Positions 13,705 to 26,251 of a DNA stretch of 64,000 bases are shown here, in pieces. This stretch comes from Batkoa obscura (taxonomy: Eukaryota). A program made the translations under genes and the position numbers. A model generated the notes under the pieces. That model made no database searches. It had not been told where the DNA came from and saw nothing but the letters and a program-made list of their open reading frames with translations. The stretch's first letter is position 1. Each line of letters opens with the position of its first letter. Location: positions 1,860,001 to 1,924,000 of the forward strand of contig JASVEC010000002.1 in the NCBI GenBank assembly GCA_030770535.1, written 5' to 3'.

Positions 13705-13910
13705 GCCTAGCAGCAATGAACTTAATCAAACCCCTTCTTGTTCAGCCAGGGAAGTTAAGGAAGGTCAGCACATTCATAACATAGTGGGAAGCGACTTGAG
13801 AATAATGTGTGCTATTGGGTATTATATAGTGAGGATGTTCTAGCTCTCAATTGGTTGAGCTATTTGAGTTAGCTACTGTTCTTGTTATTCTTTGTAGTTT
13901 TGAAATTTCT
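13705..13910 (-). pseudogene. Decayed coding relic with in-frame TGA stops, family unknown
   Basis: One frame reads ISKLQRITRTVANSNSSTN*ELEHPHYIIPNSTHYSQVASHYVMNVLTFLNFPG*TRRGLIKFIAA; GC content above background. Confidence 0.3.
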
Positions 13911-14269
13911 ATAAAGTTAATATTTTAGAAATAGAAAACTATCCATTTTAATTATAGGTTTATTTAATAAAATTTTCAGTATTGCTTTAATTATTTTTTA
14001 GCATATTGACTTGTATTTTTATAAATATGTTGAGCAAATTTTAACATAATAAAGTATTAACTATGAGCTAATATTTATAGATCTATTAACTATAATTTAG
14101 ATAGTCTTACTTCTTATACTATATCAATCTAAATTTTATATCCCAGTTTCAAAGCTAAATATCTTAAACAACAATAGTTATAAAAAAACTAACAGTGAAT
14201 ATAAATAAAGCACAGAGTATAACATATCATTCTATAAAAACTTTATTACCTATACTTTTTTATCAGGTT

Positions 14270-15237
14270 TTAAAATGTCTCATTCAAAAATTGAATAAAA
14301 AGATTAGGTATTCTTTCCAATTCAATGACGGATTTTTGTTTTTTATAGAAGGTCACAAACTCCCTCTTTTGTTTTTTCATTTCAATAATACTTAAAAATT
14401 TACCCTTTTTATTCAATGGAGTATCAACATTTGGCAAAAAAAGTACTGAATCTTTATTTTCATTTTGCATTGATAATATCTGTTGAATCAATTCAGTAAC
14501 TAATTTATCTACTTCATATAAATGATTAGTGGTGGTTATTGGTTGTATTACCGTAGCTTGAGTGGGTTTTAACGATTTTTCATGAATAATAGAATGATAG
14601 ATTTGTGAAAATATTTCTTCATAAGAATCATCCGTAGGTATAATTAAAAATAAGGGCGAGTCCCAGCGGTTAAATGCTATTGGCTCTTCATATCGATTGA
14701 TGAGTTCAGTTATTCTAAACGATAAAATAAAATGGTTTAAATTATTAAAATTATTTTAATTTAATTAAATATTTTAAATACTTACACTTGTTCACTATAT
14801 TTGTCCTCTCTGATTTCATTCCATTCCATAGCTATTTGTGGTTGTAATCCAAACTGTACCTAAAATTAAAAATAATTATCTCATTCCAATTGATTAATTA
14901 AACTTCAACTTACCACACAATGATTGGTAGCATTAGCTCTAGCCACACAATATAATTGATATCTGAATCCTTTAATATAGTTATTACTGTCCAATATTAA
15001 TATGGTGTCTTTATTAACTAATCTTTCCGCACATGCTAATAACGCTCCACGTAATTTCTTTTCTTCATATTGAGTAGCGTAACTAGACTTGAAAAAGCCA
15101 AGCTTTTCATCATTATATAATTCTACTTTATGGGTTAAGGATTCGGACTTGAGTTTGTTTTCAATATATATTTTAAGTTGGGTAGCGATAGTACTCTTCC
15201 CACTACTGGGTAATCCACATAATGTTATCAATGGCAT
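14270..15237 (-). CDS. KTI12: KTI12 Elongator-associated P-loop protein
   Basis: MPLITLCGLPSSGKST, DSNNYIKGFRYQLYC, RYEEP..NRWDSPLF, TNHLYEVDK; two introns. Confidence 0.95.
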
Positions 15238-15772
15238 CGTGAGAGTTGTCTATTGTCTATTTTTTGGAAAATTATTTGAATGTGGTTAAATTTAAATTTG
15301 AAATTATTCGCAACTTTAAACTTTTAAGCAAGAACTCTGCAAAACTGTTCAATATCTCTAGTTTTTTAAACATGGGTTTAGCTAATGTTCAATAGTTTTA
15401 TTCATTATTTATTCTATTATAAATTTGAAGTATTTTTTACTATTAGACTATTATTTATAGAATAAAATATATAAAAAATAATATCATTGAAATACTATAT
15501 TGAGTATCCCCATAAATGACAATACTTTTATAAAACAAAATTATTGTTTACAGTATTATTTCTACTTTAGAATTATTTAATAAAGGTTCTATTAAATGGA
15601 AATTTATAAAACAAGTTATTTTTCAATAGATTTTATTACTGTTATTGTAATTGTATATTCCTACCAACTTTAACTACCAAAAATATAAGTTTATTTATGC
15701 ATAATCTCATAAACATCAAAGTTGCTATAACTGAAGCAAAGGATATAAACAAAATATTTGCTGTATTATATG

Positions 15773-15878
15773 ATATGGGGATGTATTTTTGTATTTAAGA
15801 ATTTTACTAACAATTTTTTCACTCAGGTAGTGCTTAAAAGATGGAAAAAGTAATAAAGTTAAAAAAACATTCCCATAT
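15773..15878 (+). mobile_element. 104-bp MITE copy 3
   Basis: ATATGGGGATG..CATTCCCATAT. Confidence 0.85.
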
Positions 15879-16708
15879 GTCTTTTTTAATTACTTTTATT
15901 TGTCCTTTTTATATGCACAGAAAAAGTCGGACGGTTTATTAAGGTTAGATAAGACACCCTTGTTTTGTCAAACAAACTTAATTGTTAAAATAAAAGGATA
16001 TTTAAGTCCTAGCGTTTATTAAACCTAATTATATAACATCAGCTTAATAATCTATTTTCCTATAGTATCACTAGACAATAATAAAATAAACTAACTGGTA
16101 CATATCTGCCAACGATTTCAATAGTTTATTTTCATAACTTGATATAAATCTATAGTGAAAGCTTCAAATTATAATTAACTTCGTCTAAAATATCAAAGGC
16201 TTTAAAAAAAGTTTAGATATTCTTAAAGTTAATTTAAATATAGAAAATATCAAACTATTTAAATATAGTAATACTTGGTATAAAATGGATGCTTTATTTT
16301 TAATATGCACTCATAAATATTCTATTTATTTTAAAAAAATTCTTTTGGAAATACCCTGTCGGAGATCAGAACCTCCTTAGTTGATTGTAAACGAATAGAG
16401 TGGAGTTCAATATGGAGAAACTATTTTTCTAATTTTGTTGACACTCTTGATAATTTGACAAAATTATTTTTGGAAAATTATTTGATTTAATAAATATTTT
16501 ATTCAAACAATTTATTTTATATTTTATGTACTTGATATCTAAATTAACTGTATTTAAGTAATAGCTGATACTATTTAATAAATTTTAAAGTTAAACATAA
16601 TAATATAAAAAATACAAATAATTTAAACTCAAAAGATACTTTTTTTATAAACTTATATTTTTATTAATCTTAAAAAATAAAAAAATCCTACAATGACCTT
16701 ATATATTT

Positions 16709-17947
16709 TTAATTCTTAAGTTTAGATTTGAGGTCTTCGATTTCCTTAACTGAATCCTTGCGGAACTTAGCATATTCAGAAGCCGTTTCAACTAATCTTT
16801 TACGGTTCTTATCATTATCTTCCAATAATTTACTATGTTGTTCGAATAACTGTTTATTCTCAGCTGTTAAAGCTTCCACTTGAGATTGAAGGTCTTCATA
16901 TTTTTGATTCTCTTGTTTAATCTCTTTGTTTTCTTCTCTTAATTTATTTACTTCAGTTTCAAGATCTTCAATTTGAAGCTTGTAATTTGAGGCTTGTCCA
17001 TTCTTTTTAGTCATATCCGCCATCTCTTCTTTTAACTTGTTATTAGAAAGACGTATACTATCTATTGTAGTCGTAAGTTCATGGATCTTATCAGTGGCAC
17101 GATCCGAGATCTCTTCCGCTTTAACCTTTTCTTCTTTAAACTTTTGTTTTTCTTGTTCAATAGTACTAATGGTTGCCTTTAACTCTTCAATTTCTTTTTG
17201 GCATTTTTCAAGTTGAGCTTGTTGTTCGCTTTGTTGTTTTTTAATACTTTCATTTTCTTCTTTAATACTTCCATTTTCAGTTTCTAGACTTTCTACTTTG
17301 GTTCTAAACTCTCCCATACTTTCTTCATGCTTTTCACGTAATTTAACCATGGTAATTTCATTCTGTGCTTTACCACTTTCAGCTTCTTGTAATTCAAGTT
17401 TAAGTTGTTCGATAGTAGCAGAATCAGTGGAAGATTGTTGACCATCGGTTTCATTTTTCTTACGCTCTTCTTCAAGTTCTTTGATAGCATCAGTTAACTT
17501 TTGTTTATATTCTTTAAGTTCTTCATCAACTTTTTGAGTATCAATACCATTAACTTGACCTTTTTTGATTTCTTGTTTCAACTGTTTGATTTCCTCTTCT
17601 AATTTATTCTTTTCTTCGACAGTGAATTGAATTACTTCTTTTTGTAAATCTTCATTATTACCGTTTAAAAACTTACTTTCTTCTTCCTTTTTTTTCATTT
17701 CTTTTTCATATTTTTCTAAGGTTGCTTTAACTTGCTCATACTCCTTCTCTATCAACTCCTTTCTCTTTAAGTTTTCCTTTAACTTTTTTAACTCTTCTTG
17801 GGCTTCTTCAGCTAAAGCTTGACGCTGAATACTTTGGGTACTTACACTATTCTTTTTAGCATAAGAGCTACTAGTTAAATAATAAACAAGGGGGGCAGTG
17901 ATGGCTGAAGCAACAGCAGCAGTGGTGATATATTTTGAATTATCCAT
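16709..17947 (-). CDS. Intronless coiled-coil protein with an N-terminal hydrophobic anchor (412 aa)
   Basis: Long ORF; ITTAAVASAITAPLVYYL followed by E/K heptad-rich sequence. Confidence 0.8.
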   Translation of the reverse strand: MDNSKYITTAAVASAITAPLVYYLTSSSYAKKNSVSTQSIQRQALAEEAQEELKKLKENLKRKELIEKEYEQVKATLEKYEKEMKKKEEESKFLNGNNEDLQKEVIQFTVEEKNKLEEEIKQLKQEIKKGQVNGIDTQKVDEELKEYKQKLTDAIKELEEERKKNETDGQQSSTDSATIEQLKLELQEAESGKAQNEITMVKLREKHEESMGEFRTKVESLETENGSIKEENESIKKQQSEQQAQLEKCQKEIEELKATISTIEQEKQKFKEEKVKAEEISDRATDKIHELTTTIDSIRLSNNKLKEEMADMTKKNGQASNYKLQIEDLETEVNKLREENKEIKQENQKYEDLQSQVEALTAENKQLFEQHSKLLEDNDKNRKRLVETASEYAKFRKDSVKEIEDLKSKLKN

Positions 17948-18201
17948 CTTTTAACTAAATGAATTAATTCAACCGTTACATGAAATTATTTTAGTTACCT
18001 CTTGATATAGATTCTACTCTATTATTCAAATTATAATCTTTGAAGAAATAATGACTAATTTTCAAACTTTTTTATCATCTATTTTTACCTATGGTTTCGA
18101 TATGATTTGTTCAATTTTAATGACGTCAAAGGGTGTAATTCCTATTGGTTCTTCGTTTTATGGGATCATTTCTATGTAATTACTCGGTCCGATTCTTAAT
18201 A

Positions 18202-18305
18202 AATGGGGATGTATTCTTTGTTTAAGGATTCTACTAACAATTTTTCCGCTCAAATAGCGTTTAAAAATGGAAAAAGTAATGAAATCAAAAAAAGCATCTC
18301 CAAAT
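18202..18305 (+). mobile_element. 104-bp MITE copy 4
   Basis: Matches the family consensus. Confidence 0.8.
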
Positions 18306-18488
18306 GTTGTATTTGTTAATGACCATTTTATTTATTAACTATCGTTTTTTTTGACTTTAGCAGAAAAATAACAATTTTGTAGAGTTAAATTAAAATAACA
18401 TAGTACTATTAAATATTGAAAAAATATGCAAAAAATATGCAAAGAATATACAATTTATAAAAAAACAAATATTAAAACTATAAATAGT

Positions 18489-18593
18489 ATATGGGGATGT
18501 ATTCTTTTGCTCGAGAATTTCATCAACAATTTTTCCACCCAAATAGTGCTTAAGAATGGAAAAAGTAATGAAGCCAAAAAAACATCCCCATAT
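18489..18593 (+). mobile_element. 104-bp MITE copy 5
   Basis: ATATGGGGATG..CATCCCCATAT, perfect termini. Confidence 0.85.
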
Positions 18594-18747
18594 GTATAAT
18601 AAACATATTTATTGTTAAAGAATATTATACTGTGTATTAAAAGCTTTTTTGCTTGTGGTCTTACTTTTGTGTAGAATCAACTATATATTTAGTTTTTGTA
18701 GGAGTTATTACTATTGAATATTGTATCCTTCTCCATTGGAAAAAAAG

Positions 18748-18849
18748 ATATGAGTGTTTTTTTTGGCTTCATTACTTTTTCCATTCTTAAGCACTATTTG
18801 GGTGGAAAAATTGTTAGTGAAATTCTTAAACAAAGAATACATCCCCATA
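18748..18849 (-). mobile_element. 104-bp MITE copy 6
   Basis: Reverse orientation; shares variants with copy 5. Confidence 0.8.
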
Positions 18850-19012
18850 CTTTTTTTTATCATGAAGTTTGAATAGCTTTAAAAAAATTAAAGTTAAAAA
18901 AGTTTATAACTTAATTTATTGATTAGATTTAAAAGTTATTAAATATAGTAGCAGCAATAAATCTATAATCATTAATTTTAATATAGCATCTGCAAGTATC
19001 CTATTATACATA

Positions 19013-19075
19013 CAGGGGTATTTTTTTTGATTTTATCACTTTTTCCATTTTTTAAATGCTACTTGAGTGCAAAGA
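19013..19075 (-). mobile_element. Truncated MITE copy 7
   Basis: GGGGTATTTTTTTTGATTTTATCACTTTTTCCATTTTTTAAATGCTACTTGAGTG, one half only. Confidence 0.65.
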
Positions 19076-19162
19076 TCATTGATTTTATTATTTTGATGAT
19101 TAATGTCCAACTTTATAATATTTGTTGGTTTTAAGTTTTTATTAGATTATGCTTAATTTAGT

Positions 19163-19269
19163 ATATGGGGATGTATTTTTGTGTTTAAGAATTTTACTAG
19201 CAATTTTTCCACTCAAATAGTGTTCAAAAATGGAAAAAGTAATGAAATCAAAAAAAAACATCCCCATAT
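19163..19269 (+). mobile_element. 104-bp MITE copy 8
   Basis: Perfect termini, close to consensus. Confidence 0.85.
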
Positions 19270-19628
19270 ATTATATTGCTATTAGGTTATTAAATTTTGA
19301 CATTTTGGGTTACAAATCCAAAAATGCTGGTTTTTGGTAGTTGTTAATTGTTGTTTATATTACTTCAAAAATTAAATAAAATTAAAAATTGAAATTCAAA
19401 AACTAAAAATGGAAAAAAAGTAGTAAATATTTAGAACTGAACTTTACTTCACCTGATAACCAATATTATTTTAATTGAAGAAAGACTATACTAATAAGCT
19501 TTATCTAACAAAGTTATATAAAATGATAAAACAAGTATACATGGCAAAATTTGAATACTGTTGATAATGAAAAAAGCTTAATTTCAAAGAAAATAGAAAT
19601 TTATGACAATTATTTAGATTGAGTAGTA

Positions 19629-19728
19629 GATGGAGGTGTTTTTTTGGTTTCATCACTTTTTCCATTTTTTGAGCGCTGTTTGAGTGGAAAAATAGTTAGT
19701 AAAATTGTTAAACAAAAAATACATCCTC
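19629..19728 (-). mobile_element. 104-bp MITE copy 9
   Basis: Matches the consensus in reverse orientation. Confidence 0.8.
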
Positions 19729-19970
19729 GGGTAATGACTCCCATAAAACATCCCACGTAACGGTTGTTGAATTTGAACTACTAATTTGATTTCAATTGTT
19801 ACAATTGGAACAATTGATAGTAAAATAGCAAAGTTCTTATTTGAACCAAAATAAGGATAAGTAAATAACGTAAAATAAATATAACGACTAACTTTATTAA
19901 TATAGTTTAAAATAAAAAAACTTTAATTCAAGATAAGGAAAAAGGATATCAAAAAAAGTAGTAATTTTTT

Positions 19971-21110
19971 TTATAAAAAATACTTTTCCCAACCATTAGT
20001 TGGTGATTTAGCTTCTGGCCATCCTAAAGGTAAAGAATTACCTTTTTTACTATAGGTTAAATATTTATCCCATTTAGTTCTATTTTGGACTTGTTAATTT
20101 GTAACTATAAATTTATTGAAATTTTACCTTGTTTTAATTAATGATGGAATATCTTTATTACTTGACTTATAGTACTCTGTACACAACGTATTGTAATCTA
20201 TTCGTTTTTTATCATTATCATCAGCCTTGATTATATCTGATTTAAGAGTGGTATCCTCCTCAGTTTCATCCTTTTTATAATTTGTTAAATTCTGGGCTTC
20301 ATTTTTAATTTTGTCAAAAAATGCGTTATCATCTTCGCTATTATTTTCAGTGTATTGCCCTAGCTTTATTAACTTTTGCTTTCTTAATCTTTTAATTTGA
20401 TTTAATTGACTTAACATCTTTTTTAACTCTGCTATTTTAGCTTGTTTCTGTTTAATCTTTCTCAGTTCAAGAGTTTGATTCCTATGTTCTTCCAGTTGCT
20501 TTGTCATCATTTAATAAAATCAAGAAAAATAAAATAATAAAATTACTTTTTTTTCAATTTCTTGTTTTTGTTTCCAATTTAATTGCCAAGCATCTATCTT
20601 TTTTTCTTTTTCGATTTGAGCTTCCTTTTCTTTTTCTTTCTTATTTTGTTTCCAACGCTTTTTATTCATTTAGATCAATACAAATAAATTAAAATTAACA
20701 CAAAGTTACCTTTTTTCTTTCCAATTTATTAATTTTGTGAAAATATTTGGTTTTAAAACTAGTAAACTCATCGGTTTTAAATTGAAACTCCTAAATCGTT
20801 AACTGAATCAAATCTTTAATTATTAAATAAATAAAAGTTTAATTACCTTTCTTAGTTGGTCTCCATTACCAAACTCAAAATTAGTACTCTTTTTTAATGT
20901 TAAATACGTTTCATATTTTCTTCTTGAAGTTAATAAATCAATCAACTTAGTTTTAAGTACTTGGAACTTATTTTCTGGTTGTGGTTTGGTTATAACAGTA
21001 ATATGATTTATTGTATCATTTTGATTTTGATTATTAACAACATTTTCATTTACACTTTTCGTTATAAAATTGAGTTGATTTTGCTTATATGGATTAAAAG
21101 TGGAATGCAT
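19971..21110 (-). CDS. PDCD7: PDCD7 / U11-59K-like minor spliceosome protein
   Basis: C-terminal exons read LIKTR-TKWDKYL..GNSLPLGWPEAKSP..WEKYF, matching the PDCD7 IR..WD.YL..G..P.GW..P motif; coiled-coil middle region. Confidence 0.7.
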
Positions 21111-21178
21111 TTTAAACAAAGAATAAAAAAATAAGAAAATGAATTAAATTTTTATTATTTTATCATTTTGAAAAAAAA

Positions 21179-24100
21179 ATGAAACAAGCTAAACCAACAA
21201 TTATACAAATCTTTCAAGATGCTCAAAAAAAGGGTAATAATGAACGTCGAAGTATAATACAGTTAAAGAATTTATATGACTTATCAATCAAAGAACAAAA
21301 ACAAGAAGAATTTTATGAGCAATTGTATCAATTATTAAATAAAGTGATTACATTGAAAAAGAAAGAAATAATCGTTGATAGGATCATTAGTTTTTTATAT
21401 AAATTTTTAACTTTTTTACAAGAAAAAGAAGATAAAGTGATTGATTTAGAAGATAGTATTGATTCAATCGCTGATTTACAACCTTCCAATGATTTACCAA
21501 ACAAATTACTGGCCTATTATTTAAACGGTATTCATGCAAAAGAAAAATTGGTAAGATTTCGTTGTGCTCAATTAGTCGCTATTTCAATTCATCATTTACG
21601 TTCTATTGAGTAAGATTTTTATTTCATAATATTTTAATAAGTTTAATGGTTTTTATAGTGAAGAAATATTTTCAGAATTAAAAATTCAATTATTAAAAAG
21701 ATCTCAAGATAAAGAAAGCAACGTAAGAGTACAAGTAGCTATTGCTTTATCTGGTTTACAAGTAATATTTCAATTAACACTAGCGTTATATTTATTTATT
21801 TAATTTGAAAGGATGAAAGTGATATTGATAATTATAATCAAATCATTAACCGATTAATAGAAATGTTATCAAAAGATCCATCAAAGTAAATATAGAAAAT
21901 AATTTATTAGAATTAATGTTGACATTAACAAATAGTGATGTAAGAAGAACTGTATTAAGTAATATATTAGTGAATGCACTTACACTACCACATATATTGG
22001 AAAGAAGTAAAGATGTAGATAAAAGTATTCGGAAATTATTATTTGAAAAAGTAATGGTAGATTTGGGTGGCTTTAAAAGTTTATCAATTGAACAAAGAGA
22101 ATTTTTATTAAAAAATGGGTTTTCGGATAGGTAAAATTAGAGTGATTATTAAAATAGTATTGTTGTATTAAATAATTAAATAGAGAAAAAGAAGTTAAAC
22201 AAGCATGTACAGAATTAGTTACTAAAATTTGGTTACCAACGGTTGGGTCTGATTTAATTGAAGTAAATTTATTTATAAAATGAAATAAAATGATTTAATA
22301 TTGTTATTTAGTTATTAGAAAAGCTAGATGTAATTCATTCCGATGTAGCAGAAATGACATTAATTGCTTTTTTTGATACTCATAAAAGTGAATTTATGAA
22401 ATTCAATTTACCTGGTAGATATTTGTATTATTAATTGCATTAATATTTAGTAATATTATATAGCTGAATTTTGGGCTACCTTAAGTACAGAAAGTGCATT
22501 TTTAGCTCGAGTTGTAATTGAATATGCTCATGATAATAATGTAAGTGTATTATTAAAATGGTAACAAATGTCATAATAATAATAATAATAATTAGCATAA
22601 CACAAAAATGGAACAAATGATACCAAATGCAAGTGAGTTAGCTCAAATAATTCAAGAATATTCCAATGTTTTAGTTGAAATGGGTGAAAACGAAGATGAT
22701 GAAGATAATTCAAATGATTCATTAGAATTTATATTATTACAATTATTAAAAATATGTTATTTATTGGATTTTGGAGATGAAGTTGGTAGAAGAAAAATAT
22801 TTTCAATTTTGAGTAAATTTATATTATTATTTTTATTATTAATATTAATCTTTTTACTTTTATTCTATCTTAAAATAGGAAATTTATTTTGTATACTTGA
22901 TGCTAATGATTCAATTGTTAATTTACTAGTCAAAATTATTAAAAAACTATCAATTGATGAATTGGATTTTGTTAGGTAAAAAAAGTTCAAGATTCAAAAC
23001 TCAAAAGAAATTTATAAATTTTGTATTAACATCATTTTAGAACTATGATCGAAATTGTTTCCGATATTCAAGAAAGTTTAAATGAAAACGAAAGAGAAGT
23101 AAGCTATTTGCTTATTAATAATAATTGCTATATATAATAATATTATTATAACTTTTTTTTAGCTCACATTAGATCAAGTTGAATTAGAAATTGAAAATGA
23201 AGAATTAAGTGAAAATGTTAAAAAAGAACATAATAATTATTTAATCGTTATTCATAAATCGATACTTACTTTAAAATTCGTATTACAATTATGTGAATTG
23301 GTAAGAATAATAGTGTTATAAAATAATAATTCTTTTTTATTATTATTAAATTAGGATTTTAAAAAAAATTCGGTTTGGTCTGGATTATTAAGTGATTTTA
23401 TTAAACCAGCATCAAAATGTGGTATTGATGTAATTCATGATATTGGTTTACAATGTTTAGCTTTATGTTGTGTTTTAGATAAAGTAAATTATTATTATTA
23501 TTTTATCTTATTTTATTTTATTTTATTTAATATAGGATATGGCAGAAAATAATTTCAATTTATTTTTACATAATTGTAATTTGTATGATGATGGTGATAA
23601 TCATGCGCTTCGTATTTATTCATTACAAGTAATTTAATAATAGTTTAATAATTTAATAATAATCTTTCTTTTGTAGACTATCTTTGATCTTATTATCATT
23701 TATGGATTAACACCTTCATTTAATATTAATGTAATATTATTTTATAATTGTATTATTTATAAAATAATTAATAACATCGATTTAGATTAAAAAAGTATAT
23801 AACTTTTTCAAAGCATGTTTAAAAGATGATGATTCAGAATATTTATCTATTTCTGTATTAGGTTTATGTAAACTTTATTTGTTAGGTTTGTTAGATGATC
23901 AAGAGGTAATCGATTTAATACAATAATTAATTATAATATGATAACCAGTTGTAATATTTATTTTTTATAATAGATATTAGCAAGGATGATTCAACTGTAT
24001 TTTATACCAACCACTCAAGAAAATATTAAATTGCGTCAAAGTTTGCAATATTTTTTAGAAGTTTATTCTAAATTAAACTTGAAATTTCAATTAACTATGT

Positions 24101-25600
24101 CCCAAGTAATTTATTATTATTATTATTATTGAATTTTATTTTATTTATTTTATTAGGTTTTTACAAGTACACTAATAAGGATGATTGATTCTTATAAACA
24201 ATTTAGTAATCAATATACGATGGTTACTCCTATCCAAGTAGGTATTCAATTGGCTGATTGGACAGATCCTAAAAAAATGATGTAACATAATATAAACAAT
24301 AGTTATTATTGATAAATTATTTATTAATGTTATTAATATTAGGGGTGAAAAAGACGATGAAACTATGACCAATGATATTCATTTAAATACAAGTATCGAA
24401 TTATTTAAATTAGCTTATTCAAAAAATGATGGTAGATTAAAACAACAACAATAATAATAATAGCATATTAATAATTATTAGGAGAACGTAAAATTATATT
24501 ACAAGTATTAAACAAATTAAATATAGAAAGTATGAAGAATCCAAAAGAACTTCAAATATTATATTATCTAATTGAAAATTATAGAGAAGTAAGAAGTAAT
24601 ATTTTTAATAATAATAATATATTAACTTATAAATTAGATATGTGGATTCCCAGATTTAATATCAAGAAATAATTTTATAAAATTTGAAGAAAAAATACAG
24701 CAGCAAATGCAACAATTAGATTTAGAATTTAATTCGAATGCTTTAATTTCAAATCAACAGAATGAGATAGATTTCAAAAACATAATTCAATTTTTAAATC
24801 ATTTTAAACCTGAAAATGAAGCTGATTTTAATGAAAAGAGTCAATCATCAATTAATAGAAGTTTTAATAAAAGTAATAGATCCTTTGAAAATATCAGTAA
24901 TATTAGTAAACAAAATATTGATATTAATGATAATGATAATGAGGATGTAGAGAATGGGAAGGAAGACAAAGGTAATATTATTTATTGCATTTTCATTAGT
25001 TTAATTAATTGTAATTTATTAGATAATGAATTAAGATTAAATGATATTTTATCACCCTTAAAATTGGATATTAAAGATTTAAATCAAGAGAATAATGATA
25101 ATAGTAATAGTAATAATAAGAGTTAATAATATATTTTGTATTGATATTAATATCAATTCCAACTTTTTAGATAATAATTTAGAATCAACTAGAATACTAT
25201 CTTCTATGGGATCTGATGATGATGGGGATTTAAATAATATTGATAATGAAGATATAGATAAAGAAGATGAAGATAATAGTAATAATATTAAATATATTTT
25301 AAATATAATACTAATAATAACTAGATAATAAATCCATATTAAATAAAAGTCAATTACTTTTCTTATCGGATAATGAAGACATAAATAATACTAGTAGTAA
25401 GAGTATAAATAAAAAGAATAATAATGATAAGAGTAGTAATGACTTAATAATTATATATTATTAATAGTATTAATAATATATTTTTTTTAGATAATAAATC
25501 AATAAATAAAATTCGTTCCCCTTCCCTATCAGATGAAGAATTAATCAGTTTTAAATCAAAGGTACCTAAATTAGATTTATCTTCTTCTGATATAGAATAA
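21179..25600 (+). CDS. YCG1: Condensin subunit CAP-G / Ycg1
   Basis: IIQIFQDAQK; AKEKLVRFRCAQL; DPS.DVRRTVL; LDFGDEVGRRK; LRQSLQYF; about 20 short introns. Confidence 0.92.
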
Positions 25601-25671
25601 TTTAATTTGAAATAAAACTAAATAATTATTGTTTTCATATTTCATATTTTATATTTTATATTGTGTTTTAT

Positions 25672-26251
25672 TTATTTTTCATCTTCTGAATCCGTTGATT
25701 CATAATTGATTAATTTCGGTAATTCAATGATAATATCTTCGACATTACCTAAAAATAAATAAATTGATCTTTTTCAAAAAAAGTAATATTCAATTTTACC
25801 ATCAATAATTCTAGCTAAAAATACTTGTTCATTATCTAAAATATTATAATAACTCCAAGTTTTATCTTCTTGTAATAGCAACCATTCTACTTGTTCTGTA
25901 CCATCATTTTCTTGTTTTTTATAAAGATTAAACTTCCATTCAATTTCTCTATCCCTTTCATTTCCATTCTCAATACCATTATTATCCTCCAACGATATTT
26001 CTTCTGAATGTTGTAAAGATTGATCTTTTTCAATACTAAATTTTAACATAGTATTTAAATGTAATTTACTATTTAATATAGTTTCCGATACATTGGTTAA
26101 AAGGTAATAAATCTTTTTTTTATAATGAACTTTTAATGTGATATTACCTTGACCAAGGGAGCCTATGTTCTATTGTTTAAAAAATAATATTAATATCTTA
26201 TATTTTATAATAATTTAAAAATGTGAAAAATTTTACTTGTTGGTCATTCAT
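25672..26251 (-). CDS. Small hypothetical protein, possibly ubiquitin-like fold
   Basis: Spliced model MNDQQ-APLVK-IYYLLTNVSETIL..LLLQEDKTWSYYNILDNEQVFLARIID; the last segment resembles the ubiquitin LEDGRTLSDYNI..TLHL pattern. Confidence 0.5.

Noticed and set aside
13699..13870. ATACTTGCCTAG resembles the U1 snRNA 5' end (ATACTTACCTG) and would be a GC-donor-pairing variant
   Set aside because: No U1-70K loop (GATCA.GAAG), no U1A loop (ATTGCAC) and no convincing Sm site follow; the opposite strand reads better as a decayed ORF.
18160..18176. GGGATCATTTCTATG resembles U3 snoRNA box A
   Set aside because: No box A-prime upstream and no C-prime, B, C or D boxes downstream; a MITE begins about 25 bp later.
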